Below the pieces are notes generated by a model, which saw only the letters and a list, made by a program, of their open reading frames with translations, was not told the DNA's origin and ran no database searches. Both the position numbers and the translations under genes were made by a program. From an uncultured Clostridia bacterium (GTDB lineage Bacteria; Bacillota; Clostridia; Christensenellales; CAG-917), in NCBI GenBank assembly GCA_947625225.1, contig CANQNQ010000003.1, positions 40,068 through 104,067 on the forward strand: a stretch of 64,000 nt of DNA, in the 5' to 3' direction. Positions 56,950 through 64,000 of the stretch are shown one piece after another; the first letter of the stretch is position 1; every line of letters begins with the position of its first letter.

Positions 56950-58615
56950 CGGATATGTATCAATTGACTTCAGTCCAATCATCAGAGCCGTAAACAACGT
57001 CGGCAATGCCGTCCAACATGTGGACAACAGAGTGAGCGCACTCGACAACCACATGGACTCGGTAGACAAAGAACTTGAGGCGATCAAACGCGAACTGCTT
57101 GACCTCAAGGATCAGAGCGTGCGTCAGGCCGCTTTGCAGCGCGCACTCACCGAGATCATCCGCGTGCGTCAGGAGCTGGAGCGCGACTATGGCAACTACA
57201 AACTTGTCAGACAGACCATGCTCGGCATTCTGGAGGCTACGGATCTCAGCCTTGTCAGGGAAACGACCATCGCGACCTGCACGGAAGAACTTATGCTCTC
57301 CACCCCCAAATATTGGCTGGCGCCCGTGCTCATCGCGCTTGCCGGTTGGATCGCCGACAACAGACCGCTTGCAGAGCGCGCTTTGAAAGAGGCTCTGCGC
57401 CGCGACGATGAAAAGACGTCGCTGACCTTCGCGCTCATTTGCCGCCGTAACGGCAGACAGCAAGCGAGCTTCCAGTGGCTGGCACGCTACTTCTCCAAGC
57501 AAAACGCCAACGACATGAAGGAAAGCATAATCGCTTACATTGACGCGTACACCAACGGCGTGTTCGGCGAAGATCGCGACAATCTGTGCGAGGAATACAT
57601 CCAACATTGGATGGACGAATTGCAGCAGACCAACGCCAACTTCATCGAGGATCAGAAAAAGTATTGGAGAGGCATATATCTCAGCATGTGCCACGACGTC
57701 AAGGCGCAGTATCCGCAACTTGCGCAATGCGCTCCCGACGAGTTTGCCAAGATGGACGCTTATGTTGAGCGCATCAACGCGTCCGCGGGCATACTCTCCT
57801 TCTTCTCCAACATAATGAACGCCGAAGTCGATCAAGACGAATTGAAGATAGCCATCGACAAGGAACTTATCAAATTGGTCACCAACTACGACGAGGCGGA
57901 AGCTCCTCTGCGTGAGGAGGAAGCATACCTCACCGACATCAAGGACAACAACGGCGACGAAAAAGTTGCAAAGATGCGCCGCGCCCTTCGCGCACGCAAC
58001 AGACTGGACAACAAGGTCAACCTCGCTTCACGTCTGTCCGAGGCTATCACCAGCAACGGCAATCAGAACATCTCCGCAAAGAAGACCGCTATCCGCTTCG
58101 TTGGCGACTTCATCAAGGACGCTTTCAAGGACTTCATCACCGAGAAGGCGGACGACTATCCCGAGGAAGTCACCCTCACCACCTTCGGCTGGAGCGGCAA
58201 GACCAAGGACGGCTCCAACAAGAAACAACTGCTTGACAACTATAAGGCATATATCGAAGGCAAGCGCGACGAAGAGCTGAAGAAGGTCAAACCCACCGCA
58301 ATGATAGCTTTCTGGTGCGTCGCCGCAGTCATGCTTATCCTCACCATAGTCGGCTTTGCTGTCGGCGGCAGCCTCATCGCACTGGGTGTGGTAGGCATCA
58401 TCGGCACATTGGCATTCCTGGTGCTTGGCGCCATCTTCACAAACAAGCTCAAGAAAAAGAAATCCGCTATCATCGCGGAATACGCCAAACAGCTTGAAAC
58501 AGGCACCACCACACTGGACAAGGCTGTGCAGCAACTTATCGCAATCAACGGCGTGGCGCTGTCCTTCAACGCAGTGCAAAGCTGTGAAAAACTTTTATTG
58601 ACGGAGGCAAAGTAA
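56942..58615 (+). CDS. hypothetical 557-aa protein: N-terminal coiled coil, central helical domain, two C-terminal TM helices
   Basis: Overlaps the previous gene by 8 nt. TM region IAFWCVAAVMLILTIVGFAVGGSLIALGVVGIIGTLAFLVLGAIF. No family recognised. Confidence 0.72.
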   Translation: MADGYVSIDFSPIIRAVNNVGNAVQHVDNRVSALDNHMDSVDKELEAIKRELLDLKDQSVRQAALQRALTEIIRVRQELERDYGNYKLVRQTMLGILEATDLSLVRETTIATCTEELMLSTPKYWLAPVLIALAGWIADNRPLAERALKEALRRDDEKTSLTFALICRRNGRQQASFQWLARYFSKQNANDMKESIIAYIDAYTNGVFGEDRDNLCEEYIQHWMDELQQTNANFIEDQKKYWRGIYLSMCHDVKAQYPQLAQCAPDEFAKMDAYVERINASAGILSFFSNIMNAEVDQDELKIAIDKELIKLVTNYDEAEAPLREEEAYLTDIKDNNGDEKVAKMRRALRARNRLDNKVNLASRLSEAITSNGNQNISAKKTAIRFVGDFIKDAFKDFITEKADDYPEEVTLTTFGWSGKTKDGSNKKQLLDNYKAYIEGKRDEELKKVKPTAMIAFWCVAAVMLILTIVGFAVGGSLIALGVVGIIGTLAFLVLGAIFTNKLKKKKSAIIAEYAKQLETGTTTLDKAVQQLIAINGVALSFNAVQSCEKLLLTEAK

Positions 58616-58616
58616 T

Positions 58617-58826
58617 ATGGCCAACTACAACGAAGATATCGAAAACAACGATGAACTGAACGACGATCTCTCCGAGTTCTCCACCGCCGACAACGACGAC
58701 GATTTGGCAGAGTTTGCCACCGGCTCCCACGCCGACGCGCAAGCCGCATTTGAAGGCGTTGTCCTCACCGAGGATCTCGACGGATTTGCAAAAGGCTTCC
58801 CCGATTGGGATCTGCTGCCTCTGTGA
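58617..58826 (+). CDS. small highly acidic protein (69 aa)
   Basis: The ATG lies 1 nt after the upstream stop, with GGAGGC upstream. About a third of residues are D or E. Ends in FPDWDLLPL. Confidence 0.6.
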   Translation: MANYNEDIENNDELNDDLSEFSTADNDDDLAEFATGSHADAQAAFEGVVLTEDLDGFAKGFPDWDLLPL

Positions 58827-58839
58827 TCTGTAACTTGCA

Positions 58840-58869
58840 AAAAGCGGACGCCGCGCGCCCGCTTTTTTT
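58840..58869 (+). terminator. intrinsic terminator ending the SPFH operon
   Basis: GC-rich hairpin AAAGCGG...CCGCTTT followed by T7. Confidence 0.7.
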
Positions 58870-59030
58870 ATACGATTTTTTCAAAAATGGCAAACAACAA
58901 TGAGCATAACTTATATGCTTATCATTTCAATATGTCAATACAGGTTGTCAATTCGCCAAAGAATTGTCATCACAAAGCAACAAAAATGCGCGTAACTTTG
59001 ACGCGCACAATTGTAAGTCAATACGATTGG

Positions 59031-59363
59031 TCAACCCTCGGGGGAATTGTCATCGCAAAGCAACAATATCCCGGCGATCAGGCTGCAAAACAGCAATGTG
59101 CATACCTTCAGACCAGTCCCGATCGGCTCGTGATTATCCAATCGGCGGCAGACAGTCACCGTCATTGGGATCGTCCAGGCAAGCGGCAACAAAAAGCCGA
59201 AGCCCGAAAAGACGCAACCGATTATCATAAATATCTTTATGATCATATCCTTTCCATCCGATTTGGACGAGCGCGCCTTGTACCCATCCGTTGGGCACCC
59301 GCAAGTGGGGCACACCACCGCTTCATCATACAGTTCTGCTCCGCATTTTGTACAATACTTCAT
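59031..59363 (-). CDS. zinc-ribbon membrane protein
   Basis: Begins MKYCTKCGAELYDEAVVCPTCGCP, followed by two or three TM helices. Confidence 0.7.
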   Translation of the reverse strand: MKYCTKCGAELYDEAVVCPTCGCPTDGYKARSSKSDGKDMIIKIFMIIGCVFSGFGFLLPLAWTIPMTVTVCRRLDNHEPIGTGLKVCTLLFCSLIAGILLLCDDNSPEG

Positions 59364-59397
59364 ATTTTTTCTCCTAATTAAAATTTATTGTTTTTCA

Positions 59398-59784
59398 TTA
59401 AGCTAGCCACAGGCTCAACAATGAGCCCCACGTTCCACCGCCTGATATGAATTTAATCCACGCAAAAAGTCCGATAACTCCGAAAATCGCGCCGACAACA
59501 ATACCCGCAATTGCAAAACCCTTCCCGCGCTGGTTCTTTTTGGTGCAATTCACAAGTCCTATCACAGAATTGACAAAACCCGCAATAGCAAGTAGACCGA
59601 GAATGTTAAAAATTGATATGATTGATGCCAAAGAAAGAATAAATCCCACAAGGGCGCAGACACTGATACGACCGGAAAGTTCCCCCGCTTTCTGCAGTTT
59701 CTCATTTCTTACAGCACATCCACATTTAGGGCAAATAACCGCTTCGTCAAAAAGCTCATTGCCACATTTCTCACAATATTTCAC
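59398..59784 (-). CDS. zinc-ribbon membrane protein (paralogue of 59031..59363)
   Basis: Begins MKYCEKCGNELFDEAVICPKCGCA, followed by TM helices and a DUF4190-like GxxxG-rich region. Confidence 0.75.
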   Translation of the reverse strand: MKYCEKCGNELFDEAVICPKCGCAVRNEKLQKAGELSGRISVCALVGFILSLASIISIFNILGLLAIAGFVNSVIGLVNCTKKNQRGKGFAIAGIVVGAIFGVIGLFAWIKFISGGGTWGSLLSLWLA

Positions 59785-60372
59785 TATGTTCTCCCAACAT
59801 TATGCAATATTCAAATTCAGTAGATTGCAAATGCACGAATGACAATAGTCATTTTTGTACTTCTGTAAAATTATTATAACATATTATCACATATTGTCAA
59901 TAGTAAGAGACTTGACGTGCAACATAAGATCCAAAGGCAATTAACGAGCTGATGCGGGTCGTTAAGGGAAGAAGGTTGATAAGCTCATGGGGCGAGCTTT
60001 ATCGCTTGTCCAAAGAGGTTGACGAGCTTCTGAACGAAACGACCGAGGAACAGCTTAAACACTTCGTGTGCGAGGTGTGTGGGTGTACCGAGTATCAGTT
60101 TGACAACTTGCTGACAGATACACAAAACAGTTCAACAAAATCGCTGCCCTGTCAGCATTGCTGACGTTCATATATTTCTCCTTTTGTGGAAAGAGGTGCT
60201 TGAAAAAGTGCCTCTTTTCATATCTCCTCGCGCGCATACGCGCGCCCATTCCGCCCGCGCGCGCTAGTTAGTACTAGCTTTAGCTAGTATATTCTGTTTT
60301 AATAATACATAAACAAGTGGGGTAAAATTCGAGGAAAAAAGGGCAAAGAAAAAGCCCCCGAAATGGGAGCTT

Positions 60373-60393
60373 TGGAGCTGGTGGGCGGACTCG
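60373..60393 (-). repeat. 21-nt duplicate of the 3' end of tRNA-Thr
   Basis: TGGAGCTGGTGGGCGGACTCG is identical to 60510..60530. Including the flanking TTT the match is 24 nt. Confidence 0.85.
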
Positions 60394-60486
60394 CCTTACA
60401 GCGATTGCTAGCCACAGGCTCAATCTCGTGCAGGCCGAGCGGATTGCGTAGCAAGACGCAGTCGGCGGTGAGAGTCCGCTTTAACA

Positions 60487-60509
60487 AAAAACCCGTCGCT
60501 AGACGGGTT
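60487..60509 (-). terminator. intrinsic terminator after tRNA-Thr
   Basis: The minus strand reads AAACCCGTC-TAGC-GACGGGTTTTTT. Confidence 0.75.
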
Positions 60510-60585
60510 TGGAGCTGGTGGGCGGACTCGAACCGCCGACCTGCTGATTACGAATCAGCTGCTCTACCGACTGAGCCACACCAGC
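60510..60585 (-). tRNA. tRNA-Thr (anticodon CGU), CCA encoded
   Basis: Hand-folded sequence GCTGGTG-TG-GCTC-AGTCGGT-AGAGC-A-GCTGA-TTCGTAA-TCAGC-AGGTC-GGCGG-TTCGAGT-CCGCC-CACCAGC-T-CCA. Confidence 0.92.
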
Positions 60586-60604
60586 AATTTATCTTTGCCG
60601 TATG

Positions 60605-60633
60605 ATTATAGCAAAGGTTGACGCAAAATGCAA
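60605..60633 (-). promoter_or_regulatory. sigma-70-type promoter for tRNA-Thr
   Basis: The minus strand reads TTGCAT, 17-nt spacer, TATAAT, 19 nt upstream of the tRNA 5' end. Confidence 0.55.
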
Positions 60634-60732
60634 TGATTTTGCGCTAAGTTGTTAAAACAAGTACGCAAAAGGCGCCCCGACTGCCCTTTCCGCCACTTGC
60701 GGAGCGCGCGGGACGCCTTTGACAACATCAAT

Positions 60733-63700
60733 TTATGCGGGCTGTTCCACCTCGGTGATGGTGACGGTGCTTTCGCCACCGTCCTCTCCCGCCGTGATTT
60801 TTGCGGTATATTCGGCTTTCTCGCCGTTTCTGAGCGAGACCGTCAAAGTGTAGGTATCGCTGTCGGCGTTGTACGTGCAGCTGTCGGCGACGTAGATAAC
60901 TCTGCCATAGCAGAACATGCCTATCTTCTTTCCCGCCGTATCATAATCGACCCATTGCGAGCCGTCCTCGGAGTACACCACCTCATAATCCTCCACGCCC
61001 TCAAAAGTCGATTGCGCGTTGTCGTAGGCGGGCACATTATACTTAGAGCCGTCCGCGAACGTGCCCTGCACCAGCTTGAACTTGAAGTACTTGGCGGAGG
61101 TTTCGTGTTCGACGCCGTCCGCCGTCAGCCTCACGACGTATGTGGTGTAAGTTGTGCCCTCCACCTCGTCGTTGAAGCTGTATGAGGGCTGGTATTCCTG
61201 CCCGCCGTATGTTATGGACCAATCGTAAACGGCGCCCTGCGCAATGCCGTATGCGGCGAAGCTTTCATCACCCCATATGACTGTTTCTATGCTGAGTTGG
61301 CAATCGCTCGGCGCGGCGAAAGTCAGTACCTGCGTGCGGGTTATCATCGCGACAACGTAGCCGACGGACACCGTCATGCTGCCCATCAGCGTCACGTTTT
61401 GCGGCGAGAAGTACAGCGTGTAGGTCACATTGTCCGTACCAGTCACTGTGACGGCGTAGCAAGGTATGCTGTAGAATCCCACTCTGACGTTGACCTGCTC
61501 GTACTCGCAGTCGGACAGATCGAACTTCTGTCCCAAGTCGTCCGTCCAATCGCTGTCCTCGCCGAATGTGCCGTAGAACTTATCCTCTGCCTCGATAATT
61601 TTGCCCTGCGCGTCGTAAGGCGTCTCCACCTTTATGCTGCCCAGCGTGTTTTCAAGTCTGTTGGCATACGACGCACCGTACATCAGCGCGAGCATCCAAT
61701 ATGCGTACTCGTAGTCCCACGCGTTGAGCTCCACCACGTGCTTGAGTCCGGTGATGGTAAATGTGTTATTGCTGCCGCCGTAGTTGACCGTTATGTCAAA
61801 TCTGAAATAGCCGTAACCGCCGTCGTCAATGGCGATGTAGGTTTCGAACTCTCCGCCGTCCACGGCGCGCCTGACTATCGTGCAGCGATATGAGGTCTCA
61901 TCGTTTTTGAACCTGACGGTGCCGCTGACGGAGAAGTTTGCGCTCTCTGTGGAAGAATAGGTGGGCGTGAAGTAAATGTCCGTCACGGGATTTTTCACTT
62001 CCGCGTTGTCCTTGCTGTAAGCAAAGGGATATTCGCTCACATTGCCGGAGCGGCTGAAGTGGATGTCAAAGCCCTCCTCTACGTTGTAGAAGTAGGTCTT
62101 GCTGTCAAAATTCTTTTCCTGGCCTTGAGCAAACGTTCCGAAGCTGTTGTCCTTTATAAAGCCGTACTCGCTTGCGCCCGCGGCGTCGCTCTCGCGGTAG
62201 ATGGTGACGTTGCCGGCCTTGTCCATCACGTAGAACGCAAGTTCCGCGCCTATGTACACGCAGCCCGTCCTTGTAAACAGCATGGAATCAAGATTTTGCG
62301 TATAGTAACTGTACGGTCTGCTGTACGTCACGGGAGTGACCGTAAGCGCCGTCATATCAAGAATAAACAGACCAGCTTCCTTGCTTGTGTTGGTGGAACC
62401 GGAATTCACGCCCGTGAAGAATATCAGTACGTTGCCGTCGGACATCTGCGCGTCCACCACCTGATACATCGCGCGATACGCCAAGCCCATCTTGTTGATG
62501 AACACCGCGTTGCCGAAGCGGTCGAGACTGAGCACCGTGAAGTCGTCGGTGACCACGTATGTGCCCTCGAAACTGCTGTCATGCTCGATGAGCAGCGCCT
62601 CCACTCTGACTCCGCCGATGGTGACGGTGCCCAACTGTCCCTTCAAGGTCTTTTGCGCGCCGTCCGCCGTGAGCTTGTATGTAAATGTAGCGGCGTTGGT
62701 CTGCCTGTCAAGCGTATATGTGCCCGCGCCTATCTTGTCGCCCGTCTCGCCGTCCAGCACGGTAAGATTGCCGTAGCCGTCCAGCGTAAACGAATACTCA
62801 AGATCCAGCGTGGAGTTGTCGTACAGCAGGCACAGGGTCGTGTACTCCTGCCCGCGCTCCGTGTATTTGTTGTCGCCCTTCAAGTCGAAGTACGCATAGA
62901 ATGTGCCGCTTGTCGTGGACAGCTCCAGCCTTACGACGTTAGTTTGAACGTAGGAGTACGGCACGTCGATATGCTCGTCCGCGTTGCTGACGTCGGGCGT
63001 ATATCTCGCGATGAAGTAGCCGTCCAGCTCAAGCGAAGAGGTCTGCTCAAGCGTTTCGCCCGCGGCAGCTATCTGCGTAAATTTGCCGTATGCCTCCGCG
63101 TTGTAGCGCACGAAGTACACATAGTTGCCGCTCCTCATAAATACGTAATTGAACTGCGTGTCGTTGTCGTTTGAGGTGAAGGTCATGAAGTGTATCTCAA
63201 GGTCCGCAAACAGCGTATAGTCCTCGCTCTCCGCAAACGTGCCGACGATCTCGCTTTCGCCCTCGTGCAGAGTTGCGCCGCCCTTGCCGTCAAAGGTGAG
63301 GTAGTTGTCGCTTATCAGTTGTCCGCCCGCGTATTCCGGGAATCTGCCCAGCGGCAGGGACAACTGTTCATATGTGCCGTCAACGTCGTTGATCTCCAGA
63401 TACAGCGTACGATTGATCTGCTCGTCGTCGGTGTAGGTGAGGATAAATATGGAATCCTGCACCCGGTAGTTGCCGCTGAACACGCCGCTGTCGTCTTTGA
63501 GGGTGGCGAAGCCCGCGGTCTCGGTGCCTATGATGGTCAGCGTTTCGTCGCCCGAAGCGCTATGATACACATGGTCGAAGCGCACCGCCTCGCCGTCCGC
63601 GGGTTTGTACGCGACGTAATAGAACAGCTGCCTGCCCGACGAGCTTGCCATGCCGAACTCGAAGTAGTCAAGTTGATCGAAATCCAAGCCCAGCCCGGAC

Positions 63701-64000
63701 GCCTTTGACACTTCCTCCTCAAACGTGGATTGGTCAATTGTAAACCTGTATGTACTGTTGTCCTCGTTTTCCAAAACATATGTCCCGTCGACGACTTTTT
63801 TCACGTCGATCACATATCCCAAAAGCGTCGAAACTGCATAAATCGAGGCTTCATGGTCGTTTTTCAACACGATTATCAGGTCGTTTGTGATATTACCCGT
63901 CTGACTGTCAAGCCTGGTCAGCTCCGCATATTGCTTGTCGAGATCGCGGTAGAAGTACTCCGTGACCGCGTCCTCGCCCTCGCCCGTGGTGACCGAGTAT
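60733..64000 (-). CDS. very large hypothetical protein, C-terminal 1088+ aa (the N-terminus lies beyond the right window edge)
   Basis: The frame stays open from 64000 (…YSVTTGEGEDAVTEYFYRDLDKQYAELTRLD…) through the GTG listed as the ORF start. Composition is rich in T, Y, D, G and V, suggesting a beta-rich fold. No motif recognised. Confidence 0.75.
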   Translation of the reverse strand, partial: YSVTTGEGEDAVTEYFYRDLDKQYAELTRLDSQTGNITNDLIIVLKNDHEASIYAVSTLLGYVIDVKKVVDGTYVLENEDNSTYRFTIDQSTFEEEVSKASGLGLDFDQLDYFEFGMASSSGRQLFYYVAYKPADGEAVRFDHVYHSASGDETLTIIGTETAGFATLKDDSGVFSGNYRVQDSIFILTYTDDEQINRTLYLEINDVDGTYEQLSLPLGRFPEYAGGQLISDNYLTFDGKGGATLHEGESEIVGTFAESEDYTLFADLEIHFMTFTSNDNDTQFNYVFMRSGNYVYFVRYNAEAYGKFTQIAAAGETLEQTSSLELDGYFIARYTPDVSNADEHIDVPYSYVQTNVVRLELSTTSGTFYAYFDLKGDNKYTERGQEYTTLCLLYDNSTLDLEYSFTLDGYGNLTVLDGETGDKIGAGTYTLDRQTNAATFTYKLTADGAQKTLKGQLGTVTIGGVRVEALLIEHDSSFEGTYVVTDDFTVLSLDRFGNAVFINKMGLAYRAMYQVVDAQMSDGNVLIFFTGVNSGSTNTSKEAGLFILDMTALTVTPVTYSRPYSYYTQNLDSMLFTRTGCVYIGAELAFYVMDKAGNVTIYRESDAAGASEYGFIKDNSFGTFAQGQEKNFDSKTYFYNVEEGFDIHFSRSGNVSEYPFAYSKDNAEVKNPVTDIYFTPTYSSTESANFSVSGTVRFKNDETSYRCTIVRRAVDGGEFETYIAIDDGGYGYFRFDITVNYGGSNNTFTITGLKHVVELNAWDYEYAYWMLALMYGASYANRLENTLGSIKVETPYDAQGKIIEAEDKFYGTFGEDSDWTDDLGQKFDLSDCEYEQVNVRVGFYSIPCYAVTVTGTDNVTYTLYFSPQNVTLMGSMTVSVGYVVAMITRTQVLTFAAPSDCQLSIETVIWGDESFAAYGIAQGAVYDWSITYGGQEYQPSYSFNDEVEGTTYTTYVVRLTADGVEHETSAKYFKFKLVQGTFADGSKYNVPAYDNAQSTFEGVEDYEVVYSEDGSQWVDYDTAGKKIGMFCYGRVIYVADSCTYNADSDTYTLTVSLRNGEKAEYTAKITAGEDGGESTVTITEVEQPA

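Noticed and set aside
59952-60164. 70-aa ORF with CxxC…CxxC
   Set aside because: It has no Shine-Dalgarno sequence and lies in an AT-rich spacer. A plus-strand hairpin follows, so a small gene is possible, but the support is too thin to annotate.
60299-60487. 62-aa ORF on the minus strand
   Set aside because: It is composed of the tRNA-Thr fragment duplicate and other patchwork sequence, and has no RBS.

Overview
The window looks like a chromosomal segment from a spore-forming Firmicute of the Clostridia type, judged from gpr, ylbJ and GC-rich third codon positions. Most of it is conserved core genome. On the minus strand: rpsP-ffh-ylxM, ftsY, smc, rnc, plsX, rpmF, ackA-pta, ileS, an eight-gene pyrimidine operon (pyrC-carA-carB-pyrK-pyrD-pyrF-pyrE-pyrB), an EF-G paralogue, gpr and folD. 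On the plus strand: tmcAL, ylbJ, murI and rpsT. RNA genes: tRNA-Gly(CCC), tRNA-Thr(CGU) and a long-form SRP RNA that no ORF track would show. Long ORFs antisense to these genes are shadow ORFs and were rejected.

Four AT-richer accessory patches hold the interesting material:
1. 20.0-20.5 kb: three tandem ~168-bp units directly after tRNA-Gly. Each is built from hairpins that keep pairing through compensatory substitutions.
2. 22.7-23.65 kb: the SRP RNA gene is followed by two extra copies of its last 76 nt, arranged in ~297-bp tandem units that also carry inverted helix-8-like fragments.
3. 45.4-48.7 kb: a ~2.8-kb islet flanked by 262/263-bp direct repeats that duplicate the 3' end of a GGGtGRT-family gene with only synonymous differences. 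It carries a complete type III toxin-antitoxin locus (promoter, 3 x 35-nt RNA repeats, terminator, ToxN/AbiQ-family toxin), an LL-H-type holin and an orphan ORF, but no integrase.
4. 54.2-59.8 kb: a tightly coupled five-gene operon led by a YdjI-like SPFH/zinc-ribbon protein with four partners I cannot recognise, followed by two zinc-ribbon membrane paralogues and an integration-scar-like duplication at tRNA-Thr.

I found no CRISPR array, no recognisable recombinase and no intact insertion sequence. Every family assignment comes from reading motifs by eye, and no database search was run. The candidate novel items are hypotheses: the 168-bp structured repeats, the SRP-fragment array, and the SPFH operon partners.
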